Origin: Candidatus Bathyarchaeota archaeon
GTDB taxonomy: Archaea; Thermoproteota; Bathyarchaeia; Bathyarchaeales; Bathycorpusculaceae
Direction: 5' to 3'
DNA length: 64,000 bases
NCBI GenBank assembly: GCA_963815095.1
Contig: CAWFFH010000004.1
Coordinates: 160,001-224,000, forward strand
Under the pieces are notes generated by a model. That model worked only from the letters and a program-made list of their open reading frames with translations. It did no database searches and had not been told where the DNA came from. A program made the translations under genes and the position numbers. The stretch's first letter is position 1; the number at the start of each line of letters is the position of its first letter. Positions 51,296-63,184 of the stretch are shown here, piece by piece.

Positions 51296-54200
51296 ATGGG
51301 TTTGTGTGTGAAGTTAAAAAAAGTCGGTTCGAACCTGCAAATTTCTTCTGATATCAAAGTTGCAAATGTGTTTCCAATTGTTGGGATTGGCGCTTCTGCA
51401 GGCGGATTAGACCCCATCAGGAAGTTTCTGGAGAATTTGCCTATTGATATGGGCATGTCTTTTGTTGTAGTCCAGCATTTGGCTCCGGGACAAGAAAGCC
51501 TTCTTCCTGAAATCCTTTCAAGATCCACTAAAATGAAGGTTTTGCAAGTTCAAGATGGCATGCAAATTGAACAGGATAAGGTCTACGTAATTACTCCAGC
51601 AACAACCATGACGTTGAAAAACGGACAACTCAGACTTGTTCCCAAAGGTTTGGCTCTCAAGCCCATCAACGACTTTATGATCTCCTTAGCATCCGAGCGA
51701 AAAACCAAAGCAATCGGAATTGTTTTGTCAGGAACTGGCAATGACGGAACCGAAGGATTAAAAGCAATCAAAGCCGAAGGCGGATTAACCTTTGCACAAG
51801 ACCCGGAAACAGCACAATATCCCGACATGCCCAAGAACGCCATAGCTGCAGAAGAACCGGATTTTGTCCTTTCACCAGAACAGATAGCCCAAGAAATAGT
51901 TAAGATCGGCAATCACCCTCAACTCAAACATTCCGAAATGTCGGCCAAACAAGAAAAAACCGAGACCGACTTGAAGAAAATTATCATGCTGCTAAAGTCT
52001 TCTTTTGGCGTTGATTTTACCCATTACAGAGACACAACAATTGACCGACGCATTACACGACGCATGGTCATTAACAAGTCAGAAAACATGACGGCATATG
52101 TCGAGTATTTGCGGAAGAATCCGAGTGAGCTGCAGTTATTGTTTGACGACCTGTTAATTGGCGTAACAAGCTTCTTTAGGGAACCGGACACTTTCGTGGC
52201 ATTGAAAGAAAAAGTTTTTCCAGAACTCATCAAGAACAAGTCACCCAACGAATCCATACGAGCTTGGATTCCAGGCTGTTCCACAGGAGAAGAAGTCTAT
52301 TCTTTTGCCATAACAATTCAAGACTTCCTAGAAGAAAAAGGCATACCCGAGATAAGGGTTCAAATTTTTGGAACGGATGCAAATGAGAAAAACATTGAGA
52401 AATCTCGACAAGGAACCTATCCAAAAAACATAGAAGACAACGTCTCCGAAAACAGGCTAAAACGATTCTTCACTTTCTCCAACGAACATTATCGGATAAC
52501 AAAAACTATTCGTGACATTTGCATTTTTGCAAAACAGGACATTACAACTGATCCTCCTTTCTCCAACATAGATCTCATTATGTGCAGAAATGTGCTTATT
52601 TATTTTGATTCTTACCTTCATGAAAAAATATTGCACATTTTCCATTATGGCCTAAAAACGAATGGTTTTCTAGTTCTGGGCGAGGCTGAAAGTGTTGGCA
52701 AGTTTCAGTATCTGTTTCAACCAATTATTCCAGGAAGCCTAATTTTCCGGAAGAAACAAGCCCAACCACAGGTATTGTTAGGTGAAGAAGTCTTTGTTCC
52801 TCACTCTATGAAGAAAACTGCTGAACCGCTTGAAAAAGCAGACTTGATATCGGTTTTGAGCGAGAAAGTTGATCATCTTATAACATCGGAGTATGGACCG
52901 GCGACTTTGTTGTTGAACAACAACTTGGATATACTGGTGTTTCGCGGAGATGTTGCTCCTTTTCTTTCGCCCGAATCGGGAGTCGCGAGCTTTAACGTAA
53001 CCAAGATTGTTCGCAAAGAGTTGAGGTCGCAAGTTCAGACTGCTTTGTATAGGGCAAGAAAAGAAAAGAGAGCTATTAAAGAAACGGTGGGTTTCAAACA
53101 AAAAGGGCAATCAAAGACAGTTAACATCGAGATAAGACCATTAGAAACAGCACAGTTCGAAGAACCGTTCTACCTTGCATTATTTACTGAAGGACCCACG
53201 CGCGATGCTTCTTTAGCTAAAGAAGTTGAATCTGTTGTTTTGCAAGGTGAGGCGGAGAGCCTTAAGGATCGTCAGATTCGTGAACTCGGAGAGGATTTGG
53301 ATGCAACTAAGCGATCTTTGCAGAGTCTTATGGAGGGGCAGCAGGCGACTAATGAGGAGTTGCGGTCGTCTATGGAGGAGGTTCAGTCGAGCAATGAAGA
53401 ATTGCAGAGTACAAATGAAGAGTTGGAAACCGCAAAGGAGGAGCTGCAGTCAGGCAATGAGGAGCTGCAGACTCTTAACGAGGAGCTTAAGAACCGCAAT
53501 CAGGCTCTTGGTCGCCTAAACGATGACCTAACTAACTTGCAAACGAACATTGACCTTCCCGTGGTTATTGTCGATAATGAGCTTAAGATTAGGCGTTTTA
53601 CTGTTTCAGCTCAAAAACTTTTGAAGATTTCGCCATCCGATGTTGGGCGGCCTATTACCGATTTCAATCTGGGCGTTTATGCTGTTGATTTAGGAAAGAC
53701 AATCTTGGATGTTACCACTAAGTTAGCTGGTGTTATTCAAGAAGTTGCTTGCGCCGAAGACCGGTCGTGTGAGATGAGTGTTCGACCGTACTTGACTGAG
53801 GAGAAAAAGATTGACGGGGCAGTTCTATCCTTCACGGACATAACCGAACGCAAGAAAATGGCGCAAGAGTTATCTGTCTCTCTCGAAGATTCACAGCGGC
53901 GTGAGTCTGAGATTTCAGCCTTATTGAAATCATCAAAAGTAGTTTTGCAAAACAAAGAATTTCCGGATTCGGCGCGAGCAATATTTGACGCTGCCAAAGA
54001 ATTAATTGGAGCCACAGCTGGCTATGTCGCCCTCTTAAGTGATAACGGAAGAGAAAACGAAGTCTTGTTCTTGGATGCTGGAGGGCTTCCTTGTACGGTT
54101 GATCCTTCGCTTCCGATGCCTATTCGTGGACTCCGTTCTGAAGCGTACAACTCTGGGAAAGTGGCAGTTGAAAATGATTTTAACAAAAGTGAATGGAAGA

Positions 54201-55180
54201 AATTTATGCCTGATGGTCATGTGCAACTCAAGAGTGTATTGTTTGCACCATTGATGATTGAACAGAGAGCTGTCGGGGTAATCGGGTTAGCTAATAAACA
54301 GGGTGGATTCACCAAACGTGATCGCGAAATGGCAATGGCGTTTGGAGAAATTGCCTCGGTTGCCTTAGCCAACAGTAAAATGCTTGAGATGCTGGAAGAA
54401 AATGAAAAAGAGTTAAAGAAGCACTCTGAGCATTTGGAGGGGCTTGTTGAGGAGCGAACCAAGCAGCTTAAAGATTCTGAACGCTTGGCGGCTATTGGTG
54501 CAAACTGCAGGCATGGTTGGGCATGATATTCGAAATCCTCTGCAAGCTATAACTGGCGATGTATATTTGGCTAAAACAGAATTAGCTTCAACGCCTGAGA
54601 GCGAAGAGAAAAAGAGTGCATTAGAAAGTCTTACAAGAGATTGAGAAGAACATTGATTACATTAACAAGATTGTGGCTGATCTACAAGATTTTGCAAGAC
54701 CACTTAAGCCAAATGCAGAAGAAACCGACCTAAAACCGTAATTGATGAACTTACTATCGAAAAATGGTTTACCCGAGAACGTTAAAGTAAGCGTTAAAGT
54801 TGAAGCTGAAGCTAGAAAAATTGTGGCTGACTCTACTTTCATTAACCGCATTATGTACAATTTGGTTAATAATGCTGTTCAAGCGATGCCAAAAGGCGGC
54901 AAACTAACTATACACGTCTACAAAGAAGCAAAAGATGTCTTAATAACTGTCAAGGATACAGGCGTTGGCATTCCTGAAGTATGTAAAAAGCAAATTGTTT
55001 ACGCCTATGTTCACGACTAAAGCTAAAGGTCAAGGCTTCGGCTTAGCTGTGATTAAACGTATGACTGAAGCATTAGGCGGCACCGTAACTTTTGAGAGCC
55101 AAGAAGGCAAAGGAACAACTTTCAAAGTACGTTTGCCCCCCCCCAAAGAGCTAAACGGTAAATTGGTCTACAAGCATTGA
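51296..55180 (+). CDS. CheB-CheR-PAS-GAF-histidine kinase hybrid (3' part frameshifted)
   Basis: GASAGG/QHL/GTGNDG (CheB); VTSFFRE, GCSTGEE, CRNVLIYF (CheR); NEELQS coil; GHDIRNPL, NNAVQAM, DTGVG, GQGFGL in successive frames. Confidence 0.88.
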
Positions 55181-55229
55181 AATAAGCTTAAAGGAACTCA
55201 AATTCTTAATTCTGAAATTTCTTAATTTA

Positions 55230-55469
55230 TTAGATATTCTGAATTACCACAAACCCTTCCAATTCTTTTAGGAATAGTTTATGTTTTTTCAGAATTGGTG
55301 CAATACTTTGTTTTGAAGTGCTATCGACAGAGCAGTTTATTTTTATCTCGAACTCTTTTGATGAGATGGAAGTTTCCGGGTTATCTAAAGAAACGCTGTT
55401 CATTGTCACGGATTCTTTGAACGCTTCTAGGATTTCGTGAAGCACAGCGAGGGCTTCTGCTCTATCCAT
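55230..55469 (-). CDS. Hypothetical protein, 79 aa
   Basis: Clean ORF. Confidence 0.6.
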   Translation of the reverse strand: MDRAEALAVLHEILEAFKESVTMNSVSLDNPETSISSKEFEIKINCSVDSTSKQSIAPILKKHKLFLKELEGFVVIQNI

Positions 55470-55608
55470 ACTCGCCAGTCCCAGTTGTGATTATTGATTC
55501 AATTTGTATTTATGTTTTGTGCGTACCCACTTGAACCTATTAGATAGTTAAAAATGAGAATCCAATTCTATGTCAACTCTCAGTTTAAATGTTACCTTAA
55601 AATCGTCT

Positions 55609-56149
55609 CTAAATGTGAATGTTTTTTAGACGTTTGATACTCGATTTTAGAGAATTCCTAAAGCAGTAAGAACATGAAAAATTATCACTAAGAAAAACAC
55701 CATAACTAAAGCTGGCGTGAATAAATTGGTTAGTCTTATGGTCTATTTGCTTTACTAAAGGGAATCTTTCTGCGAAACCTGTTGTCACTTCCAAAGTTAA
55801 TGCAATGTACAGGATTAAGCCTGTTCCTAACGCTGGGTAGAATGCTATTGGTCTTCCCAGTTGAGCTGCAAAATGAATTGAGATTAGTGAAAAGAAGAGA
55901 AGGTTTCCAAAGATGTGGTACCTAAGGAGCCCCTTAAACTTTTAAGGGGTAAAAACGCTTTAAGACCACGAATGCTGGAGTATCGATTGCAATGTAGCTT
56001 GTGCCAATTATGGAGAGCCAATGGCTAAAACGAAGAGGACCAACAAAGAAAAGCACGTTTAGAAAATGTAGGTATGCAGAAACCATAAGCGAACCTGCTA
56101 CTAAGACAATTAACAGTGCCAGCAAGAACTCAGAATCTTTGAAATTCAC
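55609..56149 (-). CDS. Multi-TM His-containing protein, ferric-reductase/cytochrome-b-like (frameshifted)
   Basis: ORFs 55934-56149 and 55609-55794 joined via LLRYHIFGNL..SIHF; several TM His. Confidence 0.5.
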
Positions 56150-56250
56150 TAAAATCCACTAACTTAACTGATGAACAACCGAATATAAAAGTTACTTGAA
56201 GAGCAGCGCCTTGAGATGTCAACTCAACTCGCTCCTTGCAATTTAGCGCT

Positions 56251-56391
56251 CTAATTCTTTTGTTCAGACAAAACGTTCTCAAAATGTAGCTCTATGTATT
56301 CGCTTCTTGATCTTTTCTGCTTGGAAGCTTCTTTGTCTATCTTCTCTAAAACGCGGTTAGAGAGGGCTATGCTTACTGGGTGTTTACGCAT
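56251..56391 (-). CDS. Ribbon-helix-helix (CopG/Arc-like) regulator
   Basis: MRKHPVSIALSNRVLEKIDKEASKQKRSRSEYIE. Confidence 0.85.
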   Translation of the reverse strand: MRKHPVSIALSNRVLEKIDKEASKQKRSRSEYIELHFENVLSEQKN

Positions 56392-56420
56392 AAATCCTGA
56401 CCCTTTGAATATTTGCCGCT

Positions 56421-56455
56421 TGTTAATATTTAACAATTGCTGTTAAGGCTTAACA
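56421..56455. promoter_or_regulatory. Two TGTTAA-N3-TTAACA operators, 20 bp apart
   Basis: 56421-35 and 56441-55, between the divergent RHH and protease genes. Confidence 0.75.
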
Positions 56456-56492
56456 ACAGCCTTTTTCAGCAAAATAAGCCTAATTCTGCCTT

Positions 56493-57244
56493 ATGACCCA
56501 GGATAACTGTAACGGTTGCAAGCATGTTCGAGAACATGTAGCTTCCCTTTTACCCTTCAAAGTTTTAGAATCAATCGCAGACAAACCCTTGCGTATTGGT
56601 GGAGTTGCAATGGCTCCGGGCTGTCTCGAAATTTCAATGTTTACACGCCTGAGGAACTTGGGATTTTCGCAGAGAAGCTAGTTAATGCTCCAGTGTATAT
56701 TGAGCATGTTGCTGTTGAAACTGCCTCTGGAAAAGTCACGAAATGCACATACGATGCGGCAACTCGCAGTCTGCTTTATGAAGCTGAGATTTACGATCAA
56801 GCGATTGCGGATAAAATTCGCAACGGTCTCATCCAGCACGTTAGTGTCGGCGCCGACTATGACTCACTTGATGTAGTTGACGCCAAAGTTCCTCATGGGC
56901 TTTTCAATCCTGAACTGTCCCTTGTAGCTGTTCCGGGCATTCCTGAGACAAACGTGCATGTGATAGAGCGGGTTGAGGAGAAACAGCTTCAGGAAAAGCT
57001 CGCTCAAAGAGAATGCAAGTTAACTGAAGCGCAAACAACAATTGAGGATTTACGCAAGCAATTGCCCAGTGCCAGTTTGCTTAAGAATCCGCCTAAAATG
57101 ATGCCTGTTTCTGAGCATGTTTCTGAGGTAAAGGGCTTGCTGTCACCTTTGATGGTTGAGCGCAGTTCCATGTTTGCCATGCGGAAACAGCAAGAGATTA
57201 GAGCTGTTCTGTTTCGTGCTAAAGAAAAGTATGGAGTGGACTAG
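56493..57244 (+). CDS. HK97-type prohead protease with C-terminal scaffold-like coil (frameshift about 56620)
   Basis: I.GVA..SRN..Y..EEL, PV.IEH, VSVG, ELSLVAVPG. Confidence 0.8.
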
Positions 57245-57327
57245 CTGTGTTTTTGCTCACTTTTGTGGGGAAGAGTACCAAAGGACGAACTTTGGGAAAT
57301 TCAAAAAATTTAATCGATTTGATTTGA

Positions 57328-57756
57328 ATGGCCGATAAAACAGGCAAAGCTTGGATGGCTGCAGGAGAAACAGACGACCCAAACGCTATCATAGAATCTT
57401 TTGAAGCAGCAGTCGGCGTCACTAAAGGCTCACCGGTTTACTTGAGCGCTGACGATAAGGTCTCGCCAAGTCCAGGCGGAGACGACGCAATTGGCATAGC
57501 AACTAAAACTGTTCTGGCAACCGAAATATGCCCAGTTCTAAAGCGTGGACGAGTCAAAGTCACTGTAGATGGAGCTATAACACGTGGAAAAGCGGTGTGT
57601 GGTGCAGCTAACGGGAAAGTTACTCAATTCGTTGACCAAGCGGTGAACGAAGGCGGAGCAGCAACTTTAACCATCTTCTACAATCGCAAATTAGGCACAG
57701 CGCTTGAATCTGCAACAACTGACGGCGATTTCATCTTCATCAATGTGGAGAAGTGA
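57328..57756 (+). CDS. Capsid cement/decoration protein (DUF2190-like)
   Basis: A...VTKG.PV..AIGIA..GRVKV...GAI..G..V..G.V..G.ALE.A..GD.I. Confidence 0.7.
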   Translation: MADKTGKAWMAAGETDDPNAIIESFEAAVGVTKGSPVYLSADDKVSPSPGGDDAIGIATKTVLATEICPVLKRGRVKVTVDGAITRGKAVCGAANGKVTQFVDQAVNEGGAATLTIFYNRKLGTALESATTDGDFIFINVEK

Positions 57757-57760
57757 TTGC

Positions 57761-58724
57761 ATGAAACCTAAACTATTCGAAGCTCTACAGATAGCACGAT
57801 TCTGAACAGAAGCGCGTCTATGAAGACCTAAAACGCAAACTTGAGGTGAACCCGTTTCTTAAGCGCTATGTTGCTGTGGGCGTAAAAGAAGGATTCTTTA
57901 GCGACTCGGCAAATGCGCTTGGACGCGTGCATGACACTATGGTTGAAGCTGCTTGGCCCGAACTAATAGGTAGAAGCATAATCAACGTTATGCCGACCAA
58001 TGAAGCAATGGAGCGTTTCCCACTCGACGAAGACGCAGTTGCTTATCAATATGCTGAAGGCGCAGTCGTACGCTTAAGCGGCAAAAAACCCAGCAAGGTT
58101 GACATATACACAAATATCACCGTAGAGTCAGGCGATGAATGGACCAAAGAGTTCGATGAAGACGCAACCTGGAACGTTATGGACCGCATGGTGAGCAACG
58201 TTGGCAGAGCAGTCGGAGTCAAGGAAACCCAGAAAATTCATATCCCTCTATGCTGCTATCGCTGATGCTGATTTGGCGACTGGTGCAGTACTTGCCGGCG
58301 GCGGTGCAGTGTTAAGTTGGGCGTCAACTTTTATCGTTACATTATGCGGTGCGCAGTCAGAATTGGAAGCCAAATGTTTTGGCAATCAATGAGATGCAAC
58401 TGCATCAGTTGCTAAACGATGAGAACTTTATGAAACGGAGTTATGCTGCCAAGTACGCAAACTGACATTGACCAAGGATCCATCGGTACGATATTGGGTA
58501 TGAAGGTTCAAGCCAGCACTGGAGATTCCAAACGGAACAGCCTACGCAATTAGACACACGAGTTGCTACTGTGATGCTTCTACGAAGAGACGTCACTGTG
58601 GAAGACTGGGAAGACGTCAAAAACAGGCAAGTACGGCATCCGAGGCACCACCCGCTTTGGGTTAGGCATTTTGCGCTCCAAAGCTATTGCCAAGATGACC
58701 AACATCAAAGCAACACTAACCTAA
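57761..58724 (+). CDS. Major capsid protein, HK97-like fold (several frameshifts)
   Basis: AEGA E-loop region, EFDEDATWNVM helix, G.ILGMKV, C-terminal YGIRGTTRFGLGILRSKAI; position after protease and cement. Confidence 0.75.
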
Positions 58725-58794
58725 AAGCGCTTCAAAAACCATCAACATTTCCCTCTTTTTTTGGGATTGAATAAAAATCAAGGTAATCTACGTC

Positions 58795-60042
58795 ATGAGT
58801 AAAGTCATCAGAAAAATCCGTGAGGTCCTCTCTTATGCGCCTGCTTCTGGCGTGGCAACTCCAAATGGCAGAGTGTTCTTTGACACTTCCTGCATTCCCT
58901 TAGCAGATGTTATGAAGCTCTATGACCGAGACCCAACCTGCAAGAGCAGCGTGGATTTATTGGCTGCTTCAACAGTTGGCATGGGCTTCTACACCACTGT
59001 AGATGAGAAATACGAGAAGGCAGAAGCGAAGCCAAAGCCGCCGTTGATAAGTTCTGTGAAGACGTCAACTTGATGGCTTACTAAATGATATGGCTAAGCC
59101 TTTGATTGGCTGCGGCAACGATTTTTGGCTTAAACTCACGCCTGAACAAGCTAACGGATACTCTGCGTATGCCCATCGATGCAGTGCAACGCATTGGACT
59201 AAGCTCTGTTCCCAACTTGAAATTCCCTACAAAGTTACGGGTTACCAACTTCAAAGCACCTATGGCGGCAATGCTGGAAATGAGCTTAAGCCTGAAGCGG
59301 TTATCCATTGGCGCCTTAACGGTGATGTTCCTTCGGGTTTTGGTGTTGGACTTGCTGCAGGTGCTCTTGCACACCTTAACCATTGACACCGATAAGCGCC
59401 CTTCTGACGCTTGGATGAAAGCCAAGATAGAGAAAATTCTGCCCAACATATTCACAAAGTACGCTGGACCGGACGTTGTGGTGCAACTGGAAGGCCAGAA
59501 AGAGGACACCATCAAAAAGTATGAAACGGCAATCAAGAATCGACCTGAAGAGGGGCAGTGGCTTTTCAGTGGCGCCAAAACCGTCGGCGTAAATCCAGTA
59601 ACTATTGACCCAAGAGCACGCTTCGAGTACTACATCGACCACATGGTTAACCAATTCTATCTCGGATGCGAAACGCCATTGCCACGGTTGTTTAGCACTC
59701 CAGGCTTTACCGAAGCAAGCGCAAAAGCTGCGCTAGAACTTCAAGATATGCTCATAAAACCCGTCCAGCGCTACATCAAGCGCCAAGTCGAAAAAGAACT
59801 TTTCGCCCTTGTTGTTGCTCAAGGCGGGTTTGATGCCGCCAAAGCTAAGGTAAGATTGAATTTTGGCTAGTCCCAAAACACCTGAACTAGTCCTAACCGA
59901 TCTCATCAAAGCAGCTGAACTTGGGTTAGTTCGAGCGGAAGAATTCCGAAAGAACGCAGTAAAATTCGGTTGGGAACTCTGGGACGATACTTCACAGAAA
60001 CGTAGTCAAAGTAACACATCAGATAGCAAGGGAGGTGATTGA
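58795..60042 (+). CDS. Portal protein (several frameshifts)
   Basis: Y..DP..KS.VD.LA..VG.GF, LIGCGNDFW, VIHW..GFG.GL, IKPVQR..KR.VE. Confidence 0.7.
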
Positions 60043-60235
60043 CACGGCAATCTTATCGAACAATGAAGAAGGGTTTATTCTTGGAATCGCAGAAGCAAGC
60101 GGAGCAGGAGCAGCGTTCTTAGCAACACAGCCAGTTGACCCAGCCCTCAAAGTTGCAGCATGCGGCATTTTGGGCTTTATCAGCGTAACGCTCAACGCTT
60201 TCTGGTTCAAATACGTAAAACCAGCTTCTTCTTAG
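60035..60235 (+). CDS. Small 2-TM protein (holin-like)
   Basis: Two hydrophobic segments, 66 aa, within the virion module. Confidence 0.45.
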   Translation: MIDTAILSNNEEGFILGIAEASGAGAAFLATQPVDPALKVAACGILGFISVTLNAFWFKYVKPASS

Positions 60236-60398
60236 GCTTTTTTGGCTTGACACGGCTCACTTGAGGGGCTGTGCAAGAATCCAAACAAGAGGGAACAAGC
60301 AAGATGACGAGAGAATCAAAAGTTGCAGATGTGGCATTTAGCGGAGCGTTTGGACTTAGCAATCAGTTCATTATTGTTCCTTTGGGGGCATTCATAAC

Positions 60399-60752
60399 TT
60401 GGCTTCTGTTTCAGTTGATGACGTTCGGGATGTCCTTTACATATTAGCGATTCCGATATTCCCGACGCTAAAATCTTAAAAATGATTAAACGCGCATCTG
60501 TGACCTTGGCACTTGAGCTATCTGAAAACATCGATTATTCAAATTGTTCAGACTCTCAAAAGGAAGGCATAACGCTTCTGGCAGCTATCTATGCGGTCTG
60601 CTACTTAACTGGCGGCTCAGCAATCGGCTTAAACTTTCAGCGTCGGCGACCTAACAAGCTCAACATCATCTTTACCAAGCTTAACAGTTTTGCAAACGGA
60701 GTTCGAACGGATTCTTGCTAGCCTCAAAGAGCCTTATGTGGGGAGCGTGTAG
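60399..60752 (+). CDS. Head-tail adaptor-like protein (frameshifted)
   Basis: VS.DDVR..L.I..DIPD..I..MIKRA..AA..S.S.GD pattern, about 115 aa helical. Confidence 0.6.
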
Positions 60753-60754
60753 AG

Positions 60755-62150
60755 ATGGGAACCGTTCCTGAAGCCTATTATCAGTTTATAATGGACTATG
60801 CGCCCATACGTTTACATTATTCCGCCAAACACACCAGACCCAGCATATGGAAAAGGCGTTTTAGCAGCTAGCTTCGCTATCGACTTTTTATGTGAAGCGT
60901 ATTCTGCCAATCAGTTTGAGGACAGAAAAGAAAGAGGTCTATGACAAAATCGTAAGTTTAGCTGATTGGGTTCTAACCCAGCAATGCATCGACCCAGCAA
61001 GGAAGGCTTATGGCGGTTTCAAAAGCGCAGAAAACAGCACTTACTATTACAGCGTGGATGCTTGCAGAGTTATTCCTTCACTTCTAAGAGCCTATGAACT
61101 CACAAACTGATAGCCGATATTTAGACACTGCAAAGCTTGCTGGTGGAACTTTTCTTAAAACCATGCAGGACCAGCAATCATACGGCGGCTTCGCTAGAGC
61201 AGTAACTATCGGCGATGCTTGGCTTTTGCAGATGGACGTCGAATGCCTCTATGGATTAATCGGTTTGAATATGTTGGCGGAAAAGCACGATGTCCCAAAC
61301 TCTGTAGTCTACCAGGATATTATGAGTAAAGCGATCGGTTTTCTAGGGAACGGCTTTGAGAACCTTTGGCTAAGCTATGACCCTTCAGATGGAAAATGGC
61401 ACCGGGTTGGCTTAAATGAGAACGAGGTTTATGATGACCCGTTCGCCTATGCTTTGCTTGGATTATATGATTTTGAAGGCTGGAGCGCAAGCTGCCAAAG
61501 AGTCTACAATTGCCTAAACAGCATAAGAGCAAACGCAAAATATCCAGCTTATAATCCTGCAGTTTGCTGGGCAGGATACATAGATATCATTAGCCGATTC
61601 TCAGCATGCGATTATTACGATGCCGTCACAAGCGGAATTTTATGGAAAATCCGCAGCAACCACGACAAACCAAGTCTTGAATTTAGCATCAAAGTCCTCG
61701 AGAAGCATAGCGAGGAATTCATGTTCTGGGGCGCCAAACACGCAGACTACAGTTATGTTGAAAACAAGCAGGCTATGGTTACCGTTTGCTGGCTTGCGCA
61801 CTTATTCCTCAACTATGAAGAACCCTCAACCCACATTCACAAGGATTTTAAAAAGCAAGGGTGAGACAATTCAGCTTTATCCGATCAGGCAAGCTGCCGA
61901 CACTTTGGATTATGGTGAGCCACTGGATTTGTTAGCTACTGTTTCTGCTTTGAAAGAAGAGCAAGTAATGCTTGAAGCAGGCTACTACCTAAACGACTAC
62001 ATCGCATTCTACACGTTTCTTCCAGTTCGGGTTCATGACAAAATAAGGCGCCAAGGCGAAGACTACGAAATCCAAACAGTAACACCCTACATTTTTGCGA
62101 ACCAGCGGATTTACTTCAAAAGCGTAGCAAGGAGGCTGATTGGCAATTGA
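60755..62150 (+). CDS. Alpha/alpha-barrel domain fused to head-closure-like domain (frameshifted)
   Basis: LADWVLTQQ..GGF and FLKTMQ..GGF repeats; C-terminal GETIQLY..V..HDKIRRQGEDYEIQTV. Confidence 0.6.
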
Positions 62151-63168
62151 GCGTGGTCGAAGTTGAGAATCCCGTCGTAACTGTTCTGCGCTTAATTGAA
62201 TCCCGAATTAGGGTTGTTAAAGACGATGGCGGATTAGCAAACATCCGGTGTTCGCAAGCAAACTATGACCGCGAACTCCTAAAAGACGTAGACGCCCAAA
62301 TTACACTCTCCAAAACCACTGACCCATGCCTACCCCAAAAACACACCTTGGATGGAAAGTTAAGGCGCCGCATCTATTCGCTAAGAGCAACAATCTTTGC
62401 AATCGATAAGCCAACTCCAAGCGCCGATGTTGGCAGAGTTATGCGAGACAAAATTCTTGAACAGCTGCTTTTGATTGTTCCTGAAAACCGCAACCTACCC
62501 TACAGAACCATCTACAACTTTTACCCACTAAACTCAACGTCTACAACTCACAAAGCCTACACTGCAGCAGCTTTGGCGGAACTTGAACCCTCAAGCGCGT
62601 CTTGGGTAGAACTGTCTGATTTGGAATATCCAAACCTTTGGAGCAGTGACGACGTTAGGCACTCTAAAAGCGCAAGCGGCATCAATGAATTTGCGTTTAT
62701 GCTATTCCGCTTCAAAATCGGTTCTAAAGCTGGAGAAACCCGCAATGAACCCCGAAAACAGTGCTTAAAGCGCGTAGTCTTGTCCTTTGAAGGCTACGGG
62801 ACTGCACCCATGGGAAACGGTTTAACCTGCAAAGTCTGGGATAACGTGGCGGGCGCATGGACTAATCCCCAAAGTAGCGTTTCAGAAACAGATGAAACCA
62901 CAACCATCACACTTAACGTCAAATCTAACCAACTACGTCAATGATGACGGCTACCTCTACTTATTGGCACAGACAACCCATTCAAGCGATGGAAACACAC
63001 CGCCGTTTTGTACTGCGATTTTATCCAAGCAACCGTTGACGTGCGAGGCATAACGTTTTGTGACGTGCACAGTTACCGAGACATCGACGTTGTTGATGTC
63101 AAACCCTTCCTCTACAAAGAAGAAATCATCTCATGGCATGGCTCTTCGAGTCCATAGCCATCTCATAG
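62147..63168 (+). CDS. Tail terminator-like protein with inserted beta-sandwich domain (frameshifted)
   Basis: Position before tail tube; alpha/beta N-part, beta-rich insert, C-terminal strands to TAG 63168. Confidence 0.5.
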
Positions 63169-63184
63169 TCATAGGTGAAACCGA

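Noticed and set aside
57761-58724. Encapsulin nanocompartment
   Set aside because: Protease, portal, neck and tail-tube genes accompany the shell gene
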